Shown: in pieces, positions 38,087 to 48,732 of the stretch
Layout of the letters: each line of letters opens with the position of its first letter
How positions within the stretch are numbered: position 1 is the stretch's first letter
NCBI GenBank assembly: GCA_963664305.2
Contig: CAXXLV010000002.1
Span: 512,001-576,000, forward strand
Direction: 5' to 3'
Origin: an uncultured Aliarcobacter sp.
Lineage (GTDB): Bacteria > Campylobacterota > Campylobacteria > Campylobacterales > Arcobacteraceae
DNA: 64,000 bases
Notes under the pieces: generated by a model
The model's database searches: none
Told to the model about the DNA's origin: nothing
The model's input: only the letters and a program-made list of their open reading frames with translations
Made by a program: the position numbers and the translations under genes

Positions 38087-39226
38087 ATGGCAAAAAATAT
38101 TGCAATATATAAAGCAACAATTGATAATGATGAATTTAATCAAATCAAATCAGTTTTAGATTCAAAAAATGACTTATCAAAAGTTTTAGAATTTGAAGAT
38201 GGAATAAAAAAATATATTGGTGCAAAATATGCTATTGCAACAGCTACATCAACTGCTGCAATTCATTTAGCTCTTAGTGCTATTAAACTTAAAAGAGGTG
38301 ACAAAATACTTATGTCAGTAAACTCTTTTATAAATCTTCCTGAAGTTGTAAGACATTTTGATGCTGAACCTATTTTTATTGATATTAATATGGAAGATAT
38401 GAATATTGATATTGATAAGTTTGAAGAAGCATTAGCAAATAATGATTCAAAAAAATTAAGAGGAGCAATAATTACATTTATTGGTGGTCAAGCTCCTGAT
38501 TTAGATAGAATTTATGATATCGCTCAAAAATATGGAATTATTTTAATAGAAGATTGTAGAGCCTCTTTAGGTGCAACTTACAAAGGTAAAAAAGTTGGAA
38601 ATTTAAGAGCTGATATGACAATTTTTTCAACTAATCCTTCTCCTTCTAAATATGCAATTAGTCGTTCAGGTGTAATCGTTACAAATAATGAAGAAATTGC
38701 AAATAGAGCAAAACTTTTAAGAACACATGCACTAACTACTGCGTATGATAGTTATGGAAACTTAGATTATGTTTATGATGTTGTTGATATTGGTCATAAA
38801 TATGATTTATCTGAATTAGATGCTGCTTATTCATTAGCTCAATTAAATAAAACAGAAAAATTTATTAAAAGAAGAAAAGAAATAGCAAAACTTTATGAAA
38901 AAAGATTAGCAAATGTAAAACATGTAACAATCTTACCTCATAAAGATGAACATATTTTTACACAATTTATCATCAAAATTTCTAGAAATAGAGATGCTTT
39001 TGCTAGAGCATTAAAAGAAAGAGGAGTTGCTACTGGACTTAATTATATTCCATTACATCTTTTATCTTATTACAAAACAAAATATTCAATAAAAATTACA
39101 GCATTCCCAAATGCTTTAAATAACTATCAACAGATTTTGTCACTTCCTATATATGCAGGACTTACTGATGAAGATGTAAACTATGTATGTGACCAAGTGA
39201 TTGAAGTTGCATCACAATGGGTTTAA
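38087..39226 (+). CDS. DegT/DnrJ/EryC1/StrS family PLP-dependent aminotransferase-like protein
   Basis: AIHLAL..I....GD, P.F.DI, LIED...LGA, LSLPIY. Confidence 0.88.
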   Translation: MAKNIAIYKATIDNDEFNQIKSVLDSKNDLSKVLEFEDGIKKYIGAKYAIATATSTAAIHLALSAIKLKRGDKILMSVNSFINLPEVVRHFDAEPIFIDINMEDMNIDIDKFEEALANNDSKKLRGAIITFIGGQAPDLDRIYDIAQKYGIILIEDCRASLGATYKGKKVGNLRADMTIFSTNPSPSKYAISRSGVIVTNNEEIANRAKLLRTHALTTAYDSYGNLDYVYDVVDIGHKYDLSELDAAYSLAQLNKTEKFIKRRKEIAKLYEKRLANVKHVTILPHKDEHIFTQFIIKISRNRDAFARALKERGVATGLNYIPLHLLSYYKTKYSIKITAFPNALNNYQQILSLPIYAGLTDEDVNYVCDQVIEVASQWV

Positions 39227-39232
39227 TTTAGT

Positions 39233-40186
39233 TTGAAACAAAAATTTTACTTATGGATTGAAGAGTATCTCTTCTTTCCAAATAACTTTCAAAAAATTAT
39301 CTCTTTTTTATTATTACCTTTAACTTTTATTTATATGCTAATTATTCTTACAAAAAGAGCAATGGCAAAACAAATTGAGTTTGGAATACCAATTATTTCT
39401 GTTGGAAATATTATTGTTGGTGGTAGTGGAAAAACTCCAGTTACTATAAATCTTGCTTCAAAGTATGAAGATGTTTGTATAATTTTAAGAGGTTATGGAA
39501 GAGCTTCAAAAGGTTTACAAATAGTAAGTTTAAGAGGAAAAATAGAAGTTGATGTAAAAACAAGTGGTGATGAAGCTATGCTTTTAGCAAACTCTTTACC
39601 AAAAGCAACTGTAATTGTAAGTGAAAATAGGGTAACTGCAATTTTAAAAGCAAAAGAATTAGGTTGTAAAATCTTATTTTTGGATGATGGATTTTCAAAA
39701 TATCATATTTCAAAATTTAATATTCTTTTAAGACCAAAAGATGAACCTACAAATATTTTTTGTTTACCAAGTGGTGGATATAGAGAACCAAAAGGTTTTT
39801 ATGCTCAAGCTGATATTGAACTACTTGAAGGGAAAGATTTTAAAAGAGTTATTACTATAAAGAAAGATGGAAATATTAAAGAACTTCCAAATAAAACTCT
39901 TTTAATAACAGCAATTTCAAAACCTAAAAGATTATTGGAATATCTACCAAAAGATATAAAAATGATAAGTTTTCCAGATCATCATACTTTTACAAAAGAG
40001 GAAATTTCACAAATTCAAAAAGAGTATAAAGATTATGCTATTCTAACAACTGGAAAAGATTTGGTAAAATTAAAAGAGTTTAATATAAAAAATCTTTATT
40101 TAATGGATTTAGAGATAAAAATTGATGAAAATGTTGATTTTTCTTTAATGAATGAATATATTGAAAGTTTTAAAAAAGGAGTTTAA
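39233..40186 (+). CDS. lpxK: Tetraacyldisaccharide 4'-kinase
   Basis: ISVGNIIVGGSGKTP, RGYGR, GDEA, LDDGF, FPDHH. Confidence 0.95.
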   Translation: MKQKFYLWIEEYLFFPNNFQKIISFLLLPLTFIYMLIILTKRAMAKQIEFGIPIISVGNIIVGGSGKTPVTINLASKYEDVCIILRGYGRASKGLQIVSLRGKIEVDVKTSGDEAMLLANSLPKATVIVSENRVTAILKAKELGCKILFLDDGFSKYHISKFNILLRPKDEPTNIFCLPSGGYREPKGFYAQADIELLEGKDFKRVITIKKDGNIKELPNKTLLITAISKPKRLLEYLPKDIKMISFPDHHTFTKEEISQIQKEYKDYAILTTGKDLVKLKEFNIKNLYLMDLEIKIDENVDFSLMNEYIESFKKGV

Positions 40187-40188
40187 AA

Positions 40189-40389
40189 ATGATGGGTATT
40201 TTAATGTCTTCTTTTATGATGGTATTTGTAGTTTTTACTTTTGTTTTATATATTTATGTTTTAATAGATATTTTAAAACATGAATTTACAGGTTATAATA
40301 AAATTATTTGGATTTTAGTACTGATTTTTTTCCCCGTTATTGGAGCAATTTTATATCTAGTTTTTGGAAGAGGGCAACGAATAAAGTAG
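40189..40389 (+). CDS. PLDc N-terminal domain small membrane protein
   Basis: LIDIL...KIIWILVLIFFPVIGAILYLVFGR. Confidence 0.85.
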   Translation: MMGILMSSFMMVFVVFTFVLYIYVLIDILKHEFTGYNKIIWILVLIFFPVIGAILYLVFGRGQRIK

Positions 40390-40405
40390 CCAAAAAGCCA
40401 CTTTA

Positions 40406-41773
40406 TTAGATAGTTTTAGAAAATCTTCTTTTTTCTTCAGGAATTTTATTTAAATATGCATCAAATGGCATACAGATATTTCTAATAAGCATAGTTCCTG
40501 TTTGTGAAACTTCAATTTTATCATCACTTATTTTTACAAGTTCTGCATCTTCAAACTCTTTTAAAGCTTCTAGTGCATCACTAAAATAATCTTTAAAGTC
40601 TATTTTAAATTGTTCTTCAACTCTTTTTATATTTAAAGAGAAGTTACTCATAAGTTCCATGATTACAAACTGTCTTAATTGGTCATCATCACTTAATCTA
40701 TAACCTTTAAATACTGGTAAATCTCCATTATCAATCGCATTTTCCCAAGGCTCTAAGTCTTTGAAATTTTGTGCATAATAATCAACACCATTTCCAATAG
40801 ATGTAAGACCAATTCCTATTAAATCAGCTCCACCTTTAGTTGTGTAACCTTGGAAATTTCTATGTAATTCACCTTTTTCAATTGCTTTAAATAACTCATC
40901 TTCTGGTTTAGCAAAGTGGTCCATTCCAACCATTTTATAACCATTTGATGTAAAGAAATCAATAGTGTCTTTTAACATCTCTAGTTTTTCTTGAGGTTTT
41001 GGAAAAGTTGTTTCATCAAATTTTCTCATAGTCTTCATAAGCCAAGGAACATGAGCATAATTAAATACTGCAAATCTATCAGTATTAAGTGTAATCATCT
41101 TTTCTAAAGTTTTTTTGAAACTCTCTCTTGTTTGAAAAGGTAATCCATAAATTAAGTCCGTATTTACAGAGTGAATTCCAGCTTCTCTAGCTATTCTAAT
41201 AACATTTTGAGTTAATTCAAAAGGTTGAATTCTATGAATAGTTTTTTGAACTTCTTCATCTAAATCTTGAACTCCAAAACTCAAACGATTACAACCACCA
41301 GCTTTTAAAACATTCATATGTTCAACAGTAAAATATCTTGGGTCTACTTCACAAGAGATTTCTGCATCAGCACTAAAGTTTGGGAAAATCTCTTTAATTG
41401 CAGTTATAACTTCTTCAAGTTGAGAAGGAGAGAAATAAGTAGGTGTTCCTCCCCCAAAATGCATTTGAGTTACAACTCTTTTTGTATTTAGATGATTTTT
41501 TAAGATATTTAATTCTTTTTTTAAATACTCAATATATCTAGTTTTTTTATCTTCTTTTGAAGTGAAAATTGTATTACAACCACAAAAATAACATGCACTT
41601 CTACAAAATGGCATATGAATATAAAGTGATAATGCTCTATCATCACTTTGATTTTTGTAATACTCTTTTAAATCTTCTTGTGTGAAAGTTTCACTAAACT
41701 CAGGGGCTGTTGGATATGAAGTATATCTAGGTCCTGGTTTTGAATATTTTACAAACTTAGCGAAGTCTATCAT
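40406..41773 (-). CDS. hemN: Oxygen-independent coproporphyrinogen III oxidase
   Basis: GPRYTSYPTA, YIHMPFCRSACYFCGC, GGGTPT, RNFQGY. Confidence 0.97.
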   Translation of the reverse strand: MIDFAKFVKYSKPGPRYTSYPTAPEFSETFTQEDLKEYYKNQSDDRALSLYIHMPFCRSACYFCGCNTIFTSKEDKKTRYIEYLKKELNILKNHLNTKRVVTQMHFGGGTPTYFSPSQLEEVITAIKEIFPNFSADAEISCEVDPRYFTVEHMNVLKAGGCNRLSFGVQDLDEEVQKTIHRIQPFELTQNVIRIAREAGIHSVNTDLIYGLPFQTRESFKKTLEKMITLNTDRFAVFNYAHVPWLMKTMRKFDETTFPKPQEKLEMLKDTIDFFTSNGYKMVGMDHFAKPEDELFKAIEKGELHRNFQGYTTKGGADLIGIGLTSIGNGVDYYAQNFKDLEPWENAIDNGDLPVFKGYRLSDDDQLRQFVIMELMSNFSLNIKRVEEQFKIDFKDYFSDALEALKEFEDAELVKISDDKIEVSQTGTMLIRNICMPFDAYLNKIPEEKRRFSKTI

Positions 41774-42702
41774 TATTTCTCGTCTCTTTTTCTATCTAGC
41801 CAAACCATTACACCTTTTTGTGCATGTAATCTATTTTCAGCTTCTTCAAAAATAAGACTTTGAGAACTTTCCATTACTTCATCACTAACTTCATAACCTC
41901 TATATGCAGGTAAACAATGTAAGAAAATAGCTTTATCTTGTGCTAATTTCATCATATTTGAATCTACCATATATCCAGCAAAATCTTTTACTCTTTTCTC
42001 TTTTTCAGCTTCTTGTCCCATAGAAACCCAAGTATCAGTTGTAACTACAGTTGAGCCTTTTATTGCTTCTTTTGGATCATTTGTGATAGTGATTTTTGCA
42101 CCACTTAATTTTGCCATTTCTAAAGATTTTGCCAAAATAGTTGCATCTACTTCATAACCTTTAGGAGTTGCAATTCTAAGTTCAAAACCTAATTTAGCTG
42201 ATAAGTTAAGCCATGAATGAGCCATATTATTACCATCACCAACATAAGCCACAACTAAATCTTTATCTAATCCAGCTTCTTGGATAGTCATATAATCAGC
42301 CATAAGTTGAACAGGGTGGTACTCATTTGTTAAACCATTTATTACAGGAACTTTTGAATATTTTGCAAATTCTTCGATTTTAGATTGTTCAAAAGTTCTA
42401 ATCATCACCATATCTACCATTCTAGAAATTACTCTAGATGTATCACTCATAGGTTCACCTCTACCTAATTGGATGTCATTTGATGAAAGAAATAAACCAA
42501 TACCACCTAACTGATAAATACCTGTTTCAAAAGATACTCTTGTTCTTGTAGAGCTTTTTTCAAAAATCATACCTAATGTTTTTTTAGGCATGTAATCTTT
42601 AAATTCTCTTCTTTTAGTCTCTTCTTTGATTTGTTTAGCTAAAGCAAGTATTTCTAAAATCTCTTCTTTAGTATAATCAGCCAATGTTAAGAAATGTCTC
42701 AT
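41773..42702 (-). CDS. argF: Ornithine carbamoyltransferase (start re-assigned to ATG at 42702)
   Basis: [31 protein letters not shown]. Confidence 0.96.
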   Translation of the reverse strand: MRHFLTLADYTKEEILEILALAKQIKEETKRREFKDYMPKKTLGMIFEKSSTRTRVSFETGIYQLGGIGLFLSSNDIQLGRGEPMSDTSRVISRMVDMVMIRTFEQSKIEEFAKYSKVPVINGLTNEYHPVQLMADYMTIQEAGLDKDLVVAYVGDGNNMAHSWLNLSAKLGFELRIATPKGYEVDATILAKSLEMAKLSGAKITITNDPKEAIKGSTVVTTDTWVSMGQEAEKEKRVKDFAGYMVDSNMMKLAQDKAIFLHCLPAYRGYEVSDEVMESSQSLIFEEAENRLHAQKGVMVWLDRKRDEK

Positions 42703-42831
42703 TTTATTTCCTCTGTAATTAATAAAAACAAACATTCTATTTAATTTAACTTTAGAATATCTTAAAATTTTGAAAAATTAAGGATAAAAAATATTCAAAT
42801 TAAAATTTATTATTAAAAAAACTCCCATAAA

Positions 42832-42849
42832 ATGACACTTTTGTGACAA
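42832..42849. promoter_or_regulatory. 11-bp-spaced TGACA direct repeat (OmpR-family-type box) in the argF-nrdD intergenic region
   Basis: ATGACAC-TTTT-GTGACAA. Confidence 0.45.
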
Positions 42850-42913
42850 AAATGCTTATATCTTATTAAGAACAACTCATCTAGAATTACAAATCTATTG
42901 AAAGGAAAAAATA

Positions 42914-45028
42914 ATGATAGTTGATATATTAAAAAGAGATGGAACTAAACAAAAATTTGAATCTTATAAAATAGAAGATGCCATAAAAAAGGCTTTTAAA
43001 AGTGTAAATAACAAATATGATATTTCGGTATTTTTTAATGTTCTATTTGAATTAAAGTGTAAAAGAGTAGTTGCTGTTGAAGATATTCAAGATATTATTG
43101 AAAAAGAGCTTTATAAAGCAAGATATTTTGATGTTATGAAATCATTTATTTTATATAGACATCTTCATAAAATTCAAAGGGAGCAGATTTTACAAATAAA
43201 TGATGATACAACATATATAAACTCAACACAAACAATAGAAGAGTATATATCTGGAAGTGATTGGAGAATAAAAGCAAATTCAAATACAGGATATTCTCAT
43301 GCTGGACTTATAAATAATAGTGCTGGAAAAATTATTGCAAACTATTGGCTTGATAAAATTTATACAAAAGAACAAGGATATGCACATAGAAATGGAGATT
43401 ATCATATACATGATTTGGATTGTTTGAGTGGTTATTGTGCAGGTTGGAGTTTAAGAATTTTACTTGATGAGGGATTTAATAAGGTACGAGGAAGAGTTGA
43501 AAGTGATGCACCAAATCATTTTAGAGAAGCTTTGGGGCAAATGGCAAATTTTTTAGGAATACTTCAAAGTGAATGGGCAGGAGCTCAAGCTTTTAGTTCT
43601 TTTGATACATATCTTGCTCCTTATGTTTTCAAAGATAAACTTGAATATAAAGAGATAAAAAAAGCAATTAGAAGTTTTATTTATAATCTTAATGTTCCTG
43701 CACGTTGGGGACAAAGTCCTTTTACAAATATCACTATTGATTGGACTGTTCCAAGTGATTTGAAAGAGCAAATTCCAACAAAAAATCAAAAACATCTATT
43801 TAAAAATTTTTATGATGAAGAACTATTTTTAGAGATTCAAAAAAAAGGTTTAACTTCGTTTGAACAATTAACTTATAAAGATTTTCAAAAAGAGATGAAC
43901 TTAATAAATAAAGCCTATTATGAAGTAATGACTCAAGGTGATAAAACAGGACAGCCTTTTACTTTTCCAATTCCCACTGTAAATATAACTGAAGATTTTG
44001 ATTGGTATGGCGAAAATACAGATTTACTTTTTGAAAATACCGCAAAAATAGGAAGTTCTTATTTTCAAAATTTTATAGGAAGTCAATATAAAAAAGATGA
44101 AAAGGGAAATTTGATACAAAACGAACAAGCCTATAAACCAGGGCATGTAAGAAGTATGTGTTGTAGATTACAACTTGATTTAAGGGAACTTCTAAAACGA
44201 GGTGGAGGTTTGTTTGGAAGTGCTGAAATGACAGGTAGTATTGGAGTTGTAACAATAAATATGGCAAGACTTGGATACTTATATAAAAATGATATAAATG
44301 GTTTATTAAACAGATTAGAAGAGTTGATGGATTTAGCAAAAGAGAGTCTAGAAATAAAACGTAAATTTATAAATAGTATGTATGAAAAAGGACTTTATCC
44401 TTATACAAAAAGATATTTAAAGAGTTTTAATAACCATTTTTCGACTATTGGAGTAAATGGGATGAATGAGATGTTGAAAAACTATTTTGGAGAAAATATT
44501 GATATTTCAACAAAAATAGGAAATCAATTTTGTATCGAAATATTAGATTTTATGAGAGATAAAATGGTCAAATTTCAAGAAGAAACTGGAAATTTATATA
44601 ATCTTGAAGCAACACCAGCAGAAGGAACAACTTATAGATTTGCAAAAGAGGATAAAAAAAGATACAAAGATATTATTCAAGCTGGATTTGATAAAAATAT
44701 TTATTACACTAACTCTTCTCAACTTCCAGTTGATTTTACAGAAGACCCATTTGAAGCCTTGGAATTACAAGATGAATTACAATGCAAATATACAGGTGGA
44801 ACAGTGCTTCATCTTTATATGAGAGAAAAAATTTCATCAGTTGAAGCTTGTAGAAAGTTTGTAAAAAATGTAATTTCAAATTTTAGATTGCCTTATATAA
44901 CAGTAACTCCTGTATTTTCTATTTGTGAAATTCATGGATATATAGAAGGTGAGCACGAGTTTTGTCCAAAATGTGATGAAGAGATTTTAAAAAAGGAGTT
45001 AAAAGATGACAAATCAAGAATTGCTTGA
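42914..45028 (+). CDS. nrdD: Anaerobic (class III) ribonucleoside-triphosphate reductase large chain, lacking the glycyl-radical loop
   Basis: ATP cone, HIHDLD, AGAQ, FTFPIPT, SMCCRL, EATPAEG, YYTNS, Zn site CEIH...CPKC, then stop with no RxxGY motif. Confidence 0.95.
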   Translation: MIVDILKRDGTKQKFESYKIEDAIKKAFKSVNNKYDISVFFNVLFELKCKRVVAVEDIQDIIEKELYKARYFDVMKSFILYRHLHKIQREQILQINDDTTYINSTQTIEEYISGSDWRIKANSNTGYSHAGLINNSAGKIIANYWLDKIYTKEQGYAHRNGDYHIHDLDCLSGYCAGWSLRILLDEGFNKVRGRVESDAPNHFREALGQMANFLGILQSEWAGAQAFSSFDTYLAPYVFKDKLEYKEIKKAIRSFIYNLNVPARWGQSPFTNITIDWTVPSDLKEQIPTKNQKHLFKNFYDEELFLEIQKKGLTSFEQLTYKDFQKEMNLINKAYYEVMTQGDKTGQPFTFPIPTVNITEDFDWYGENTDLLFENTAKIGSSYFQNFIGSQYKKDEKGNLIQNEQAYKPGHVRSMCCRLQLDLRELLKRGGGLFGSAEMTGSIGVVTINMARLGYLYKNDINGLLNRLEELMDLAKESLEIKRKFINSMYEKGLYPYTKRYLKSFNNHFSTIGVNGMNEMLKNYFGENIDISTKIGNQFCIEILDFMRDKMVKFQEETGNLYNLEATPAEGTTYRFAKEDKKRYKDIIQAGFDKNIYYTNSSQLPVDFTEDPFEALELQDELQCKYTGGTVLHLYMREKISSVEACRKFVKNVISNFRLPYITVTPVFSICEIHGYIEGEHEFCPKCDEEILKKELKDDKSRIA

Positions 45029-45170
45029 GAAAAATATGGAAAAAAGAACTAAATGTATAATATATACTAGAGTTATGGGTTATCATAGACCAATTGAAAG
45101 CTTTAATATAGGAAAAAAAGGTGAACACAAACAAAGAGTTAAATTTACTGAATCAAAAACTAATTTATGA
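45006..45170 (+). CDS. Stand-alone NrdD glycyl-radical domain (54 aa), not in ORF track
   Basis: Manual translation MTNQELLEKNMEKRTKCIIYTRVMGYHRPIESFNIGKKGEHKQRVKFTESKTNL; AAGGAG RBS 7 nt before the ATG. Confidence 0.9.
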   Translation: MTNQELLEKNMEKRTKCIIYTRVMGYHRPIESFNIGKKGEHKQRVKFTESKTNL

Positions 45171-45825
45171 TTTTACAAAATTTACAACAACAGATTATGT
45201 AGGGCAAATGTCATGCATAATTTGGTTTATAAAGTGTAATTTTAGATGTTTGTATTGTTATAATAATACTTTGGTTTATACAAAAAAAGGAAATTATAGT
45301 TTTTTTGAGATTTTAGAGTTTTTAAAATCAAGGGTTGGTTTACTAGATGCTGTTGTTTTAAGTGGTGGTGAATCAAGTTTACATGAGTTGGAAATTTTTT
45401 GTAAAAAAATAAAAAAGTTAGGTTTTAAAATAAAACTTGATACAAATGGAACAAATCTAAATTTAGTAAAGAATTTAACAAAAAAAGGTCTAGTTGATTT
45501 TATCGCTATTGATTTTAAAGCTCCAAAATATAAATTTTCTCAAATTACAGCTACAAATTTTTATGAAAAAGTGATAGATACCATAAAATATCTAATAAAA
45601 ATTGGCTTTGATTTTGAACTAAGAACTACAATAAATACAAGGCTTTTAGATGAGAAAGATATAAATTCTATGATTGAAACTATTAGTTGTTTAAATTATA
45701 AAGGTGTTTATTATTTACAAAACTTTATAGAAACCTCATCAAATATAGGAAATATCAAAAAAAGTAGGGCTATAGATAAAAGTTTAATTGATAGCAAAAA
45801 TTTAACTATTCAATACAGAAATTAA
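45121..45825 (+). CDS. nrdG: Anaerobic RNR activating radical-SAM protein
   Basis: CNFRCLYC.N, VVLSGGE, KLDTNG, ELRTT; exact start uncertain. Confidence 0.9.
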   Translation: MNTNKELNLLNQKLIYDFTKFTTTDYVGQMSCIIWFIKCNFRCLYCYNNTLVYTKKGNYSFFEILEFLKSRVGLLDAVVLSGGESSLHELEIFCKKIKKLGFKIKLDTNGTNLNLVKNLTKKGLVDFIAIDFKAPKYKFSQITATNFYEKVIDTIKYLIKIGFDFELRTTINTRLLDEKDINSMIETISCLNYKGVYYLQNFIETSSNIGNIKKSRAIDKSLIDSKNLTIQYRN

Positions 45826-46479
45826 ATAACCTTGTCCTGAAATATTTTCTATCAAATCTTTAGAAGTTTTTATACGTAATCGTTTTATAAAGGTTCTTAA
45901 TCTTTCATCATTTACCTCTTCATTCCAAAGAGAAGTTTTTATAGTTTGAGTTTTTACTATTGAGTTTTTGTTTTTTAAGAGTAAATATATAAACTCTTTT
46001 TCTCTCTTTGTTAGATTTATTAATAGTTCATTTTTATGTAAAGAGAAGGTATTGTTATCAAAAATAAAATCATCTTTTAGTATGGAAATCTTTTGTTTTT
46101 CTATTTTTATTGAGAGCTTTTTTATATGTTCTATTACTTCATCTGGGTCAAAAGGTTTGATAAAATATTTATTTATTCCAACATCTATAGCTTTTAAAAG
46201 TTTTTCTTTATCAGAGTGTGCACTTAGTACAATTATAGGAATATTAGAATCAATCTCTTTGATTTTTATAGTCATATCTAAACCATCAAGTTTTGGCATC
46301 ATTATATCAGTGATTATAATATCAGGTTTAAAAGTTTTATATTTTTTAAGACCTTCAGTTCCATCTTTTGCAATAATTACTTTATAAAATGAATCATTTA
46401 TAGCCTCTTTTAAAAGTTGAGCTAATCTTTTTTCATCTTCAACTATTAAGATTTTTAGAGTTTTTAATATATCTTGCAT
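45802..46479 (-). CDS. OmpR-family response regulator
   Basis: IVEDE, TDIMMP, KP; wHTH LTKRE...RLR.K...GQGY. Confidence 0.93.
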   Translation of the reverse strand: MQDILKTLKILIVEDEKRLAQLLKEAINDSFYKVIIAKDGTEGLKKYKTFKPDIIITDIMMPKLDGLDMTIKIKEIDSNIPIIVLSAHSDKEKLLKAIDVGINKYFIKPFDPDEVIEHIKKLSIKIEKQKISILKDDFIFDNNTFSLHKNELLINLTKREKEFIYLLLKNKNSIVKTQTIKTSLWNEEVNDERLRTFIKRLRIKTSKDLIENISGQGYLISVLNS

Positions 46480-46481
46480 TT

Positions 46482-47696
46482 TTACTCTTTTTCATTTAAA
46501 ATTGTGATTGTAAAGATTGAGCCATTTTCACTATTTTTATGGCTTAAAGTACCTTCTAAACTCTTTTCTACAATCATTTTTGACATAAATAATCCAAGTC
46601 CAGTGCCTTGTGATTTATGTTTTGTTGTAAAGTATGGCTCAAAGATAGAATCTATATTTTCTTCTTTAATTCCACCTGCATTATCTTCAATCTCAAGTAA
46701 AAAATATTTTTTGTCTAAATCTTCTTTTAGAGTTATTAAAATATTTTTATCTTCTACATCATTTGTTATAAAAGCATCTTTTGCATTTTGAATTAGGTTT
46801 ATAATAACTTGTGATAGTTCATTTGAAACACCTAAAACTTTGTAGTTTGTAGGAACATTAACCTTGATTTTTATATTTTCTTGTTGAATTAGTTTTTTTA
46901 AAATAGTTAAAGCTTCATTGATACTATCTTTTATCTCAAAACTTTTTTTCTCTTTTTTAGGATTGAAAAAGTTCATAAAATCTTCAATAGTTGTTGACAT
47001 ACTTGAAATTAGATTTTTACTCTCTTTATATAACTCTTCAACTTTTTTTTCATCTTTTTTTAAAGAGGCTTTTTTCATATTAAACAAAGTAAGATTTAAC
47101 TCAGTTAGAGGTTGTCTCCATTGATGGGCAATATTTCCTATCATTTGTCCTAAACTTGCCATTCTTGATTGCCAAAAAAGAAGTTTTTGTTTTTCATCAT
47201 TTTTAGCTATCTCTTCTTGAACTCTTTTTTTTAAAGTTTTATTTAGTTCTTTTAGTTGTTTAGTTTGTTCTTTTACTTTTAATTCTAGATTTTGATTTAA
47301 CTCTTCAAGCTCTTTTTCTTTTTGCTCTAAACTTTTTTTGAGCTCAACCTCAAAAGTTACATCATATCTTATAGCAATAAATTCAATAATATTTTCAAAT
47401 TCATCTAAAATAGGCGTTATAGTAGTATTTAAGTAGACAGTTTTTCCATCTTTCGTAAGATTTTTTACAGTTGCTTTATATGGTTTTTTATCTAAAATAG
47501 TTTTCCATAAAAGTTCAAAACTTGAAGCTTGTACCTCTGGATGTCTTACGATGTTATGGTTTTGACCTATTAATTCATCATAAGAGTATCCAGAGATTTT
47601 GCAAAACTCATCATTTACAAAAGTGATAATTCCACTTATATCAGTTTTTGATACAATATTTGAATTTTCAATTGCTTCTTGATAAGTTGTGCTCAT
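46482..47696 (-). CDS. Cytoplasmic PAS sensor histidine kinase (start probably ATG at 47696)
   Basis: PAS (SKTD..G.IT.VN..FC..SGY...HNIVRHP), IAHQWRQPL, DNAGG, GTGLGL. Confidence 0.92.
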   Translation of the reverse strand: MSTTYQEAIENSNIVSKTDISGIITFVNDEFCKISGYSYDELIGQNHNIVRHPEVQASSFELLWKTILDKKPYKATVKNLTKDGKTVYLNTTITPILDEFENIIEFIAIRYDVTFEVELKKSLEQKEKELEELNQNLELKVKEQTKQLKELNKTLKKRVQEEIAKNDEKQKLLFWQSRMASLGQMIGNIAHQWRQPLTELNLTLFNMKKASLKKDEKKVEELYKESKNLISSMSTTIEDFMNFFNPKKEKKSFEIKDSINEALTILKKLIQQENIKIKVNVPTNYKVLGVSNELSQVIINLIQNAKDAFITNDVEDKNILITLKEDLDKKYFLLEIEDNAGGIKEENIDSIFEPYFTTKHKSQGTGLGLFMSKMIVEKSLEGTLSHKNSENGSIFTITILNEKE

Positions 47697-47698
47697 TT

Positions 47699-48673
47699 TT
47701 AGTTGTTTCTTAAAATTTCGCAAACCTCTTTTGCATGGTAAGAGATGATGATATTTGCACCAGCTCTTTTAAATGCAATCATAGTTTCCATCATAACTCT
47801 TTCATAATCAATTAATCCAGCAATTCCAGCATGTTTAAGCATAGCGTACTCTCCACTTACATTATAAACACATAAAGGAAGATTTGTTTGGTTTCTAATA
47901 TCTCTAACAATATCTAAAAATGCAAGTGCTGGTTTTACCATCAAAATATCTGCACCTTCTTTTTCATCTTCAAGTGATTCTTCAATTGCTTCAAGTCTAT
48001 TTGCTGGATTCATTTGATATGTTCTTCTATCACCAAAACTTGGAGTTGATTCAGCAACATCTCTAAATGGTCCATAATATCCACTTGCAAATTTTGTTGA
48101 ATATGCCATGATTGGAAGATTTTTAAATCCATTTTCATCAAGTGCATTTCTTAAAGTAGTAATAATCCCATCCATCATTCCTGAAGGTGCTATCATATCA
48201 GCTCCAGCACGAGCATGAACCACTGCTTGTTGAGCAGAGATTTCTAATGTTTTATCATTATCAACACTTCCAGTTTTTGGGTCTAAAATACCACAATGTC
48301 CATGGTCTGTATATTCACAAAAACATAAATCAGTTACGATAAACATTTGAGGGAATTTTGCTTTGATTGCTTTAATAGTTCTTGCAATTATGCTTTCACC
48401 ACATAAACATTCACTTCCAACTGAATCTTTAGTATCTGGAATTCCAAATAAAATAATTGATTTTAAATTTATACTTACTAAATACTCACACTCTTTTAAA
48501 ATTTCATCAATACTCATTTGATAAACACCAGGCATTGATGCAACTTCAGTTTTTATATTTTGACCTTCTCTTACAAATAATGGATAGATGAAATCATCAG
48601 GTGTTAAAACTGTTTCTTGTACTAAGTTTCTTAGTGTTTCATTAATTCTTAATCTTCTAAATCGTTTAAACAT
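47699..48673 (-). CDS. hemB: Porphobilinogen synthase
   Basis: [40 protein letters not shown]. Confidence 0.97.
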   Translation of the reverse strand: MFKRFRRLRINETLRNLVQETVLTPDDFIYPLFVREGQNIKTEVASMPGVYQMSIDEILKECEYLVSINLKSIILFGIPDTKDSVGSECLCGESIIARTIKAIKAKFPQMFIVTDLCFCEYTDHGHCGILDPKTGSVDNDKTLEISAQQAVVHARAGADMIAPSGMMDGIITTLRNALDENGFKNLPIMAYSTKFASGYYGPFRDVAESTPSFGDRRTYQMNPANRLEAIEESLEDEKEGADILMVKPALAFLDIVRDIRNQTNLPLCVYNVSGEYAMLKHAGIAGLIDYERVMMETMIAFKRAGANIIISYHAKEVCEILRNN

Positions 48674-48732
48674 TCTATTTACCTCTTTTGGTTATAATCC
48701 TCGGATTTTAACAGTTTAAGGTTTAAATACAA

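Noticed and set aside
44989..44995. A-AAA-AAG slippery heptamer in frame near the end of nrdD, as a programmed -1 frameshift joining the glycyl-radical ORF
   Set aside because: The -1 frame hits TGA within a few codons; the glycyl-radical ORF is in the +1 frame and has its own RBS
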